A stretch of DNA of 25,333 nucleotides. It comes from Thraustochytrium aureum (Eukaryota). A program made the position numbers and the translations under genes. Shown one piece after another: positions 10,514 through 19,939 of this stretch (within the stretch, counting starts at the first letter, position 1; each line of letters opens with the position of its first letter). The DNA is taken from contig BLSG01000302.1 in assembly GCA_012862495.1 (NCBI GenBank), positions 159,574 to 184,906 on the forward strand, read 5' to 3'. The notes beneath the pieces are model-generated. The model had not been told where the DNA came from. It searched no databases and saw only the letters and a list, made by a program, of their open reading frames with translations.

Positions 10514-10724
10514 GTGGAGCTGGACCTTCGACGCGAATGGGCGGAACCCAACAGGCCGACTCCTCCAGTCCGCGTCGCCGAGAAGCGCGCCGCCGAACGA
10601 AGCAACGTTGCCCTCCGCAAGGCCTTCCATGTCATGCAGCGCAAGATCGAGGACGAGGTCTCGCACTGCCGGCGCAAGCGCGGGCCCTTCCCCTAGAGGG
10701 CTCGTCCGGGCGTCGCTAGCGTTG

Positions 10725-11059
10725 NNNNNNNNNNNNNNNNNNNNNNNNNNNNNNNNNNNNNNNNNNNNNNNNNNNNNNNNNNNNNNNNNNNNNNNNNNNN
10801 NNNNNNNNNNNNNNNNNNNNNNNNNNNNNNNNNNNNNNNNNNNNNNNNNNNNNNNNNNNNNNNNNNNNNNNNNNNNNNNNNNNNNNNNNNNNNNNNNNNN
10901 NNNNNNNNNNNNNNNNNNNNNNNNNNNNNNNNNNNNNNNNNNNNNNNNNNNNNNNNNNNNNNNNNNNNNNNNNNNNNNNNNNNNNNNNNNNNNNNNNNNN
11001 NNNNNNNNNNNNNNNNNNNNNNNNNNNNNNNNNNNNNNNNNNNNNNNNNNNNNNNNNNN
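10725..11059. other. assembly gap
   Basis: run of N. Confidence 1.
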
Positions 11060-11240
11060 TGGTCGCCACCAAGCGCTCCTCGCCACCAAGTTGCCACCAA
11101 GCGCTCGTTGCCACCAAGCACTGGTCGCCACCAAGCGCTCCTCGCCACCAAGCGCTCCTCGCCACCAAGCGCTCGTTTCCAGGCGCGCTGGTCGCCACCA
11201 AGCGCTCCTCGCCACCAAGCGCTGGTCGCCAGGCGCGCTG
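11060..11240 (+). repeat. 17-bp minisatellite, unit GCGCT(CCT/GGT)CGCCACCAA, about 10 imperfect copies, truncated by the gap
   Basis: repeated gccaccaag core with variant cct/ggt/cgt spacers. Confidence 0.9.
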
Positions 11241-11877
11241 GGGAGGGACTTTTTCAATCTCAATCAATCAATTGGACGTTCCAAAACCCATCTGTCCGCC
11301 CCTCGCGAGCTGTTCTGTAGTACTCTTAGTAGAGTACTTCCCTTTGTTTGTGCACTTGGGCAGAAACACGCCCGCCCTCTCGGAGCCGAGTGGCGCGGCT
11401 GCTGTCTTCGTTCCGTGAGCGGCTCCTGCAACTGGCTCGCGATGGCGAGATTCGTGTGGCATTGCTGCCGCGCAAGAGGGGAGAAAGCCAGCCTGATTGC
11501 ACAAGTTGAGCGTCTCCAGTAGCAGTAGGTACTTTCCTGTCGCTCCTCTCGTAATGAGGCAGAAGTACTCTGCGTACCTACTCTCCTCTCTACTGCCCAG
11601 AGTACCCACTCTACTAGTAGCTACTCACTACGAAGTACATCGCGAGAGAGGACAAGGACAAGGACAACTCAACCCTGTCATTCGTGTGCGTCCAAGCGTC
11701 GACAGTGCGCGAAGACGACAGCCAGACGGCGAGGCAGAGCCGCAGGGTGAAGCAGCGGCCAAGGCCTAAGGCGGAAGGGCCGTGGCAGTAGCCCTCTGGC
11801 GCTGCGAACCGCAAGCGCTGCTTCGAGTTGGTTCGGGCGCCGCGAAGCCTGCTCTGAAAGGACGGCGCACGGTCGCG

Positions 11878-12450
11878 ATGCGTGCCGTGCCACAGCAGCG
11901 GCTTGGGCGCGCCGGGTCGCTCATGCTGGCGACGTCCCTGAATGATGTGAAGCGCCCGCTGACGAAACGGCCGCTGTTTTGGATATATGTGTTTGTGTAT
12001 GCGATTTTGGTGCCGGCCGTGCTCGCGCTCTCGGCCTCGTTTGTGCTCGGCGGAAAGGAGGTCCCTGCCTCACCGACTGCCGCGCTCACCGATGAGCAGG
12101 GGGCTAGCTGCGGCTACCTTGCGGAGGACTGCGACTTCCAGCTGAACACGGACGTGCCGACCACGTTCCCAACAAAGTTCCCCACGCGCTCGCCAACCAC
12201 GCCGACGCCGTCAACGTCGCCAACGCCAAAGCCCACTGGCTCGCCCGTTGTGCCCACAACCGCAACGCCGACCAAGACGCCCACGAAGGGGCCCACCAAG
12301 GGACCTACCAAGGGGCCCACCAAGGGGCCCACCAAGGGACCGACCAAGGGACCGACCAAGGGACCGACCAAAGCGCCCAGCAAGGCGCCCAGCAAGGCGC
12401 CCACCACGGCGCCCGTGGAGACTATCCCCATCCCTCCTCCCCTGCCGTAG
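11878..12450 (+). CDS. small single-pass membrane protein with a Pro/Thr-rich (PTKG)n mucin-like tail; start at 11878 or 11923
   Basis: basic segment KRPLTKRP, then hydrophobic LFWIYVFVYAILVPAVLALSASFVLGG, a C-x6-C pair, PTKG x7 and PSKA x2; synonymous third-position variation among the repeats supports coding. Confidence 0.75.
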   Translation: MRAVPQQRLGRAGSLMLATSLNDVKRPLTKRPLFWIYVFVYAILVPAVLALSASFVLGGKEVPASPTAALTDEQGASCGYLAEDCDFQLNTDVPTTFPTKFPTRSPTTPTPSTSPTPKPTGSPVVPTTATPTKTPTKGPTKGPTKGPTKGPTKGPTKGPTKGPTKAPSKAPSKAPTTAPVETIPIPPPLP

Positions 12451-12799
12451 AGTTGCGCCCGCGAGTTCGTGCTGCGGCTGGCGCAAGGCAAAACTCTGAT
12501 GAACGTACGTACTGGTAGAAGAGTACCACATGAAAAACCAAAGAACTTGCAAGAAGCCAAACCCGCGACCTCGCGCACGTCTCAGGGCAAGTGCTTGCCC
12601 GACAAGACCCCCCGCCGGACCTCGAGCGCGAGGACGCGAACCGGCAGTCCGCAAGAGCGTGCCCGCGTCCATCTGAACGTCCTCCGCAAGGGCGTCATAC
12701 TCGACTAGTAAACTACGAAGGGTACGTAGAGGTATTCCAGCCTCGCTTGCTGCCGTGCTGTTGGGCAGAAACGCTCAGGCGGGCAGGCGCGCGGGCTAG

Positions 12800-12918
12800 N
12801 NNNNNNNNNNNNNNNNNNNNNNNNNNNNNNNNNNNNNNNNNNNNNNNNNNNNNNNNNNNNNNNNNNNNNNNNNNNNNNNNNNNNNNNNNNNNNNNNNNNN
12901 NNNNNNNNNNNNNNNNNN
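12800..12918. other. assembly gap
   Basis: run of N. Confidence 1.
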
Positions 12919-13094
12919 GGCGCTCGCAGGGCTCGTTCAGAGCAGCATAGGTCGCTGGAGGGAGCGCAGGGCTCGCCTGTGCAGCCTCGCCCTCGTCTGG
13001 AGCGACGCGCTGCGGTGGTGGTGAGTCTGGCGGACGATCCCGCCCTGGGTTGGCTCGGTCGCTTGGCTCGGTCGCTCGGCTTGGCCGCGTTCGG

Positions 13095-13128
13095 GGTCGG
13101 TCGGTCGGTCGGTCGGTCGGCCGGTCGG
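13095..13128 (+). repeat. (GGTC)n microsatellite just upstream of an ATG
   Basis: ggtcggtcggtcggtcggtcggtcggccggtcgg. Confidence 0.85.
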
Positions 13129-13136
13129 CGAGCGCC

Positions 13137-14875
13137 ATGGAACTCGAGCGCGACGTGCGCATCAGCGTCCTACTCCCGGCGAACGAGTGGCACGCGTTAG
13201 ATGCCGCGCGGGCGTTCGGGCTCGTTCAACACGGGAGCCGCGAGAGCAGCCTGGAAGACGCTGGACCGGCTCTGGCGCCGTTGAGCCTGGCCTCGTCGTT
13301 GGCGCGCGAAACGGCTGTCCGCGCTGGCTTTGACAGGGAATTTGCGTTTCCTGGGGAGCAGGCGACGTTATTCGTGGCGATAGAGCCGCGTGGAGAACCG
13401 GGCTGTGCGGTTCACGACCTCGAGCGGCAAGACCTTGTGGACCTGTGCCTCTCGCTTGAGCTCTTACTGAACGCGAGTGACGAAAGCTGCAAAGTGAGCT
13501 CGGTCCTGCCTTGCCCGAGGCAGCCGGGATGGGCGCGCGAGGAGCCCGCGAGCCAGCTGAGCGAGAACGAGCAGCTTGTGGCGGCCTTTGCGCGAGCCTG
13601 CGCCGTTTTTTACTCCAGATAGAGATGCCGCTCTCGAGCGTCGGCGCGAGCGGCGAGACGCTGCAGAGCATCGACTTGACGCTGTACTGCCGCCTCAAGT
13701 CGGCAAGTGCGACGGCGCTCGTCGCCAAGGTCGCGACTGGCATCAACCTGCGCAACTTGCGCGAGATCGACGCCACAGGGCTTCCGCAGGCGCTCCCGGA
13801 GGCACAGGAGATTTTGTGCAACGAGGAGCCGTCTCAAGCGATCAATAGCCAGACACTCAAGGTGCACAAGTCGGTGCGCCGCGTGAGCTGCCTGGCGGTC
13901 CGATCGCGCCACAAGCAAGTGGACAGCAGGTGCTTCATTGAGGTCTCGTGCGAGAACACGCACGACGCGGTCACGCTTGTGCTCAAGGACCTCACGCTGC
14001 ACACGTTCACGAGCCGCCCAATCACCATGCGCGTGGCACGTGTCGGGCGCTGGGCACTACCGGTCGCCCTGGCCCCCGGGGAGCGGCAGACAGTGTGCTT
14101 TTGCCTCTCTGGATTTGAGGCCGCTTCGCTGGCCGAGGTTGCGGACGCCGAGCCCCAAGGCGAGGGTGCTGCTGCCGACGCGGGCTCAGACCTCGGCACC
14201 CGGTACACGTCGGTCGCTACTGTGACCTGGGGTTCGGACGTGACGCTGCGTGACGTGCGGGGCCAGCATCGCGTCGAATGGGGGTTTTGCAGCGGCGCTT
14301 TTGACCGTCTTGCCTTGAGGCTCGTTCGCGACGAGGAGGCGAACGCGGCGTACGGCAGCGCGGCGGAGATCCTTGGGGACAGGAGCGTGCGCCTGCTGCG
14401 CTGCGGCGAGCGGCTTCGCGTCGAGCTTGAGCTCGTCAACAGGGTCGAAACGGACATGGTAAGTTGGGGAAGCCGAGATTTGCGCTCGCATAGTTTTCCG
14501 CGCGTTTGGCTTTATCTCTTTTTTTTCAGATGCTGCTGGGTGAGCGAAATTGCGTTGTTGGTGTTGCTCGTTGCTGTCGGGGAGGAGAGAACGAGGGCCT
14601 ACGCTGACCGCCGCTGAAACGCTGCCCAGGACCTGTTTATACTTGCGCCTGCACCAGACGACCTCGGCGTGGCGCCAGTGATCGCGGTGGACGCCCTGAT
14701 TCGAGTTGGCCGCCTAGCAGGGCTTGCGCGAACGATGGTCCCCGTGTTTTTTTTGGCAGTCCGGCCAGGTCGCGTCAACCTTGCGGGCCTCATCTATGTA
14801 TACGATGCTGCAAGCGGCAGGAGCGTCCCCGTGAAGGAGCCGCACCACATCTCTGTGTTTCCAGAGTCTGAGTGA
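13137..14875 (+). CDS. putative TRAPP-II associated subunit (TRIPP/Trs65/TRAPPC13-14-like); predicted exons 13137-13493, 13619-14458, 14630-14875
   Basis: N-terminal FDREFAFPGEQATLFVAI resembles the plant TRIPP motif recalled as DRSFVFPGEQ; Ig-like repeats (LAPGERQTVCF, GERLRVELELVN); C-terminal VGRL...VPVFFLAVRPGRVNL..IYVYD typical of Trs65/TRAPPC13 ends; two phase-0 GT-AG introns restore the frame. Confidence 0.6.
13494..13618 (+). other. probable intron (125 nt, phase 0)
   Basis: AAA|GTGAGC donor and TTTTTTACTCCAG acceptor; joins ...ESCK to IEMP... across the frame change. Confidence 0.6.
14459..14629 (+). other. intron (171 nt, phase 0)
   Basis: ATG|GTAAGT donor, GCTGAC branch-like site, CCCAG acceptor; joins VETDM to DLFIL in frame; T-rich interior. 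Confidence 0.85.
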
Positions 14876-15028
14876 ACTGTTTTGGGCGCCCTGCTCGCGC
14901 AGCCTTTAGACAGTTTCCAGCAAGTGCTACACTACTTGTTCCCCCGTTGCATTTTTTTCTGCGGTCAACCGCGGCGCGCGCTCGTACACGTGCAAGCGGC
15001 GAGCAACAGCCCGCGGCCTCGACCAAGT

Positions 15029-17049
15029 TCAGCCGGCGGGGACGGCGTTTGAGCCAGACGAGCGCTTTTTCGCCGCTGTCTCAACAGCAGAATCGCCCTC
15101 CTCGAGCGCCCTCTTTTCGTGATTTGCGACCTGGACAGTGACGCCGTCTGAAAACGACGGCGCGGACGCGGGGAAGAGAGGGGCAGACATACTAGCTGCC
15201 ACCTTTGCATCCTCCGGGTCGTCCAGCGTCACTACCGCCATCGCGCCCTCGTTCGCTCCGTCAAACTCGCCAGAGTCCGGTTGCGGCCGCGCCGACTGAA
15301 CAGCAAGGTCGGGCGAGGCTGAAGGCGGCGCGATCGCCTTGGGTGCGGGCTGCGCAAAAGGCTCGCAGTCTGCGCTACTAAGAGCAATCTCAACCGGTAG
15401 GCTCATTATCCATGGGTGGTTGAGCGCCCGCTTGGCGGTGAGCCGTCGATGCTCGTCCACCTCGAGCAATCCGGCAACGAAATCCTTGGCAGACTCGGAG
15501 AGGTTGCGGCTGATCCACTCTCTGCTGCTGAGGGCCTCGTCCACGCGGGCCTGCATGGATCGCAGGTCGGTGAACTCGGCGTCGGAAGGAAGCAGCGGGG
15601 CCTTGGTAAGCACAACAAAGCAGACCACGCCGAGGCTCCACATGTCGGCCGCCTTGCCGTAGCGACCCCTGCCGAAGACGGTCGTCTGGCGCTGGAGCAC
15701 CTCGGGGGCCGCATAGTCGCGCGTCCCGCAATAGGTGGCCCGCCCGCCGCGCTCCTCTTTCGCGACGCCGAAATCAACAAGCTTGATGGTAACGTCGTCA
15801 TTGTGGCTGACGAGCATTATATTTTCAGGCTTGAGGTCGCGGTGCACAATGTCGTGATCGTGCAAGTATGCCACCGCGTCGAGAATGTTGCGGACAAGCC
15901 GCTTGGCCTTGGCCTCGGGAAAGGCTCCGACTGCGAGGATGCGGTCGAAAAGCTCTCCGCCATGCAGCAGCTCCATCACAAAGTAGAGAGCCTCGCTGTC
16001 CTCGTGTGTATCAAAGACGCGCGCCACGCCCGGGTGTGTGAGGCGCTGCATCATCTTGGCTTCGTTGAGCTGGTTACTCCAACGCTCCGGGGAAGAAAAT
16101 TCGAACTGCTTTTTCTCCACGCGCTTGATGGCAAACTCCTTGCCGGTCTTGCGCTCGAGCACCCGAAAAACCTCGGCAAAAGTGCCATAACCAAGCTGCT
16201 CGAATAGCACGAAGCGGTCGTCCAGGTCAGGGTTGTTGAAGACCTTGCGGCCNNNNNNNNNNNNNNNNNNNNNNNNNNNNNNNNNNNNNNNNNNNNNNNN
16301 NNNNNNNNNNNNNNNNNNNNNNNNNNNNNNNNNNNNNNNNNNNNNNNNNNNNNNNNNNNNNNNNNNNNNNNNNNNNNGTTGTTGAAGACCTTGCGGCCGT
16401 TTCTTGGTTTTGGAGGGGCAGCAGCCGGCGCTTGCGCGGCGGCCGGGCCGGCCGGCCCTCCAGCTGGCGGCAGCTCCAAGCTGGTCGCCGTGAAAAAGCT
16501 GGAGGCTGTACCGCCGCGGCCCGGCTTGGTCGCCCTTTGAGGTCTGCGTAGGTTTACAAGCAGCTCGAACCAGGAGCTTATTTTGACCTTGGCGTTGTTG
16601 TCGCCGCTCGGCGGCTCTGCTCGAACGAACGAGATAATGTCGCCGTCTTGAAGCTCGTAGGGAACGTCGAAAGGGAGCTTGGCGCCGTTTAAAAAGGTGC
16701 CATTGGCGCTCTTCTGGTCTTTCACGTACACGACCTTGCCCTCGCGATATATCTTGCAGTGGCGGCTGCTCACCGACTTGTCGCCAAGATAGAGCATCGC
16801 GCTCCTCGCTCGGCCGATTTCGCACTCGGTCGTGTCGGGGCCCAGCTCGAGGGGCTCGACCTTGCCGAACAGCGAGCTTCTTGCTGTGTGCAGGATCGTG
16901 GCCCAAATCTGGTCTTGTTCCTCGGGAGGCGCCTCTGCTTCGTCTTCACTAGACGAGTCTTGCGTGTGCTTGATCGGCTGCGTCGGCGCCGTTGGCGACG
17001 GCATCGCTATGTCCAGCCACTCATCTTCCGCGCCATACCCATCGTTCAT
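15029..17049 (-). CDS. FHA-domain CAMK-group kinase, Chk2/Cds1-like; interrupted by a probably spurious gap
   Basis: N-terminal TQ sites; FHA motifs EIGR, VSSRH, DQKSANGTFLNG; kinase motifs LGYGTFAEV, AIK, HRDLKPEN, DFG, CGT..YAAPE, DMWSLG; C-terminal bipartite NLS-like KR...KKR. Confidence 0.9.
16253..16377. other. assembly gap whose flanks share an identical 21-nt sequence
   Basis: gttgttgaagaccttgcggcc occurs at 16232-16252 and again at 16378-16398. Confidence 0.95.
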
Positions 17050-17173
17050 CCTCCTCAGCCCAGCCCAGCTCAGGCCTCCCGCCGGGTCTTTCCACGCCTG
17101 GCTCGTGTGCTGCGGCCACGCGCCACACCACACTGCAATGGCACGCTCCGCCGCCCGACCGCGGCCGCCAGCC

Positions 17174-17176
<3 letters not shown>

Positions 17177-17208
<32 letters not shown>

Positions 17209-17250
17209 CCAGGCCAGGACAGAGCTGGATGGATGGATGGATGGATGGAT
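17177..17250 (+). repeat. (CAGG)n and (GGAT)n microsatellites
   Basis: about 8 CAGG units at 17177-17208 and 6 GGAT units at 17227-17250. Confidence 0.9.
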
Positions 17251-17764
17251 CCGAGCCCGCCGCCGCGCGCCAGCCGCCACAGCTGGGTCCTGCTGCCGCC
17301 ACGTTCGGGCTCTGCTGAGCGTGCTTCCAGAGCCAGCACGCGGTCGGCCGGTCGGTCGGTCGTCACACGAGACTCTCGCTCTCCGCGGGGCGCCGGTTGT
17401 GCCACGCAGCTCCACCGCTGGCGCAAGACCAGGCTGTCCGGCGCTGCGGGCTGCGGCTGGTGAGTGCGATGGAGCGACGGGCAGGTCGATCGGCCGAGGT
17501 GGGCTGGGATGGAGTGTGTGAATGTTCTCTTCGTAGGAGTGAGTACCTTTGATTGATCCACCAATTGGAACAAGTCATGACGATCGATTGGCCCAGGCGA
17601 AGGCGGCGTGTGGGGGCTGGGCTGGCTGGGCTGCCCAACGCTCCAATACAACAACCGGTACGGAGGCGGCTTTGGCGGGCTCCAAATCGGCAAACGCGCT
17701 GCTCCCAGCTGACCTACAAGTGCGAGTAAAAGTCCTTGGTACGCAAGTAGTAGAGAACCTAGGC

Positions 17765-19471
17765 CTATCTGTGCACTTCTTGCGTCTCGGCGATGCGGCG
17801 ATGGACCATCTCCTTGGCGTCCGGGATACGAGCGAGCGTGTTGCGAAAGAGCAACCAGAAGCTCTTCAGGTTGACCTGCGCCTCGACACTTTCGGTGGCA
17901 GCGCGCGACATGCGCGGACGGGGCAGCAAAACGGCCAGCGCCTCGGTGACGGTGGGCAGGAAGAACAGGAGACCCAGAGCAAAGAGGAGTTGGTGAAACG
18001 GCATCACCAATTCGCAAAACAGGTGGACTAGTCCGCACAAGAGCGAGGCAAGCAACCCGAAAACGAGCATGTACACAGAGAGCGCCGCGCTGACGGTGGG
18101 GTCTTTCCAGTTGGTCGAGTTGAGCACGCGCTCTGCGTGAAAGGCCACCGTGTTGACGACGCGCTGAAGCCCCCCCATGATGACCGGGAGCTTGCGCAGC
18201 TTTTTTACAAAGGTGTCCGGGATGTCCGGGTCCTTTTCGATCTCGTCATTCCAGACGAGAGGTGAGATGTCGGGCGCTTCGTACGGAAAGTAGAACGCGA
18301 GGTACACGTAGAGCGATGACAAGAGCGCGGGCAGCTGCCACAGCGGTGCCAGGAGGCAGGTGTACGTGTGCCAGACGAGCGCTAGCACCGTCACACCGGG
18401 GCGGTCCCAGTGCCGGAGGCTGTGTGCCATCACCGCAAGTGACTTTACTGCCGCCACGATGGCCTGGATTCGCATAGCGCCCAGCTTGATGTGCTTGGGG
18501 TCAAACTCCTCTGCTTCAAACTCGCCCACCGGCTTGAAGGGCGGGTTGAGCGCGGCGCACAGGGCCACAGGAAAGCCATGTCGGACGCTCAAGGTGATCC
18601 GAGCATGCACTTCGCCGAGGCCCTCGGCTGGCCGCGTCATTCCTGTCCCAGGAATGCCCTGCACGACCGGCTCGAAGTGGACTTGGTCCTCTTGCAGCGG
18701 ATAGAGGCGGAACCACGACTCGAGTTCAAACGCGCTCTTGCTCGTTGACATCAGCTGGGCGACGGTCCAGTCCCGGTAGAGGCGCGACAGCGGCACAATC
18801 ACTTTGCCAACGTACTTGTCGGGAGCAATTGGGGCGCGGGCCTGCTTGCCGTACACCGAGAGGATCAAATCGCCCCCCACGTCGGTCACGGGAAACGTCC
18901 AGGCGTCCTCCCACGCCCCGCAGCCGCCCTCGGAGAGCCGCTCGATCCGCTTGGTTTTGTCGCGCTGGCGCTCCACGGAAGCACAGACGTAGACACTGTA
19001 CTTGACGCTCTTCCTGAACGAGCGAACCTCCAGCTCGCTCACGGCGACAGTGCCAACGATCGTGCGCGACCCGTCGGTCGAGGTCGGAGCGCAATTCGTG
19101 CCAGGCCGGTCGCGGCAGTCGACGGCGTGGTTTTCGGGGCTGGGCGTTGGTTGGCCAGCGGCTGCCTTCACTTGGATCGCCTCGGTTTGCGCCACCGCGG
19201 TGTGCAGGAACGCATTCCGTTCGGCTTCCAAGGCTGCCGTCCGATTAATGCTCGACTCTTGCTGTTGCTGAAGGATTTTGTCGCGCACCTCCTGCCGCTT
19301 CTCTTGCAGCTTTTCCACGCCGCGGCGCAGCAGCAAGCCAGGTCTCCACCGTTCGGGCGAGGCCTGCGGCGATGCGGACCCCTCGCGTGCACCCTCATCG
19401 TCCGCCGCGCTCCGCTCAAGCTCCGTGAGGCCAGAAGCTTGCCCTGCGGTCGCCCCACCAGTGGCGTCCAT
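17765..19471 (-). CDS. C2-domain membrane protein, MCTP/PRT_C-like (single C2 domain plus hairpin TM region)
   Basis: C2-like YVCASVE..RDKT....AWEDAWTFPVTDVGGDLILSVY...DKYVGKVIVPL; C-terminal W.RP / AERVLNSTNWKDPTVS / LARIPD motifs of MCTP-type membrane regions; TAG stop followed by a second TAG. Confidence 0.8.
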   Translation of the reverse strand: MDATGGATAGQASGLTELERSAADDEGAREGSASPQASPERWRPGLLLRRGVEKLQEKRQEVRDKILQQQQESSINRTAALEAERNAFLHTAVAQTEAIQVKAAAGQPTPSPENHAVDCRDRPGTNCAPTSTDGSRTIVGTVAVSELEVRSFRKSVKYSVYVCASVERQRDKTKRIERLSEGGCGAWEDAWTFPVTDVGGDLILSVYGKQARAPIAPDKYVGKVIVPLSRLYRDWTVAQLMSTSKSAFELESWFRLYPLQEDQVHFEPVVQGIPGTGMTRPAEGLGEVHARITLSVRHGFPVALCAALNPPFKPVGEFEAEEFDPKHIKLGAMRIQAIVAAVKSLAVMAHSLRHWDRPGVTVLALVWHTYTCLLAPLWQLPALLSSLYVYLAFYFPYEAPDISPLVWNDEIEKDPDIPDTFVKKLRKLPVIMGGLQRVVNTVAFHAERVLNSTNWKDPTVSAALSVYMLVFGLLASLLCGLVHLFCELVMPFHQLLFALGLLFFLPTVTEALAVLLPRPRMSRAATESVEAQVNLKSFWLLFRNTLARIPDAKEMVHRRIAETQEVHR

Positions 19472-19584
19472 CCTGGCGACTTGCTCGAACTCGCGCCCAG
19501 ACGCAAGAAGCCTGGCCGACCAACTGGTTGACTGACTGGCCCAATGCCTGGCTCTCTCTCTCTCTCTACTAGAGCTTGATGCCA

Positions 19585-19616
<32 letters not shown>
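19585..19616 (+). repeat. (GGCT)n microsatellite
   Basis: 8 GGCT units. Confidence 0.9.
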
Positions 19617-19939
19617 AGCCCAAGGCCTGCCTGGCTCGCAACTGCCCTGCTCGCAACTGCTTTGGGTTGGCCCACTTGCTCCTTGATCAAGAGCCAACCG
19701 GGTCGCTTCTGCCAGTGTGTCGTGGACGGGACTGGCGTCGCGGATGCGATTGGTCTGGCGTCCGGGGTACACTCGATCGACAAGGCGGTCGTGCGACGTT
19801 GGTGCGAGGGAGGGATGGGTGCGAATGACGCAGGCAAGGCAGAAAAGCAAGTCGCGGAAGAAGAAAAAGAAATTGCTTGACGAGCAACTGGAAGAGCACT
19901 GCCCCGAGTTCGAGTTCGCTTGCTGGTTGTTCGAGACGC

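Noticed and set aside
11060..11240. CRISPR-like array
   Set aside because: Units are contiguous with no unique spacers, the context is eukaryotic, and no cas genes are present
12494..12540. Hammerhead- or SECIS-like CTGATGA...GAAA segment
   Set aside because: Stem II pairs poorly, no stem III/NUH partner is found, and the upstream gene has no in-frame TGA
10511..12708. Stop-codon reassignment (TAA/TAG = Gln), suggested by open frames on both sides of stops at 10511, 11767 and 12448
   Set aside because: The long conserved ORFs (960, 797 and 427 aa) contain no internal TAR codons, the C2 gene ends with TAG-GCC-TAG, and long open frames are expected by chance at this GC content
13600..13622. 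Programmed frameshift at the T6 run in the TRAPP-like gene
   Set aside because: A canonical phase-compatible intron (13494-13618) explains the frame change; a homopolymer error is the other simple option
6722..17049. Functional DNA-damage cluster (ERCC6L2-like plus Chk2-like)
   Set aside because: The two genes are separated by unrelated genes; proximity in a gene-dense genome is not evidence without synteny data
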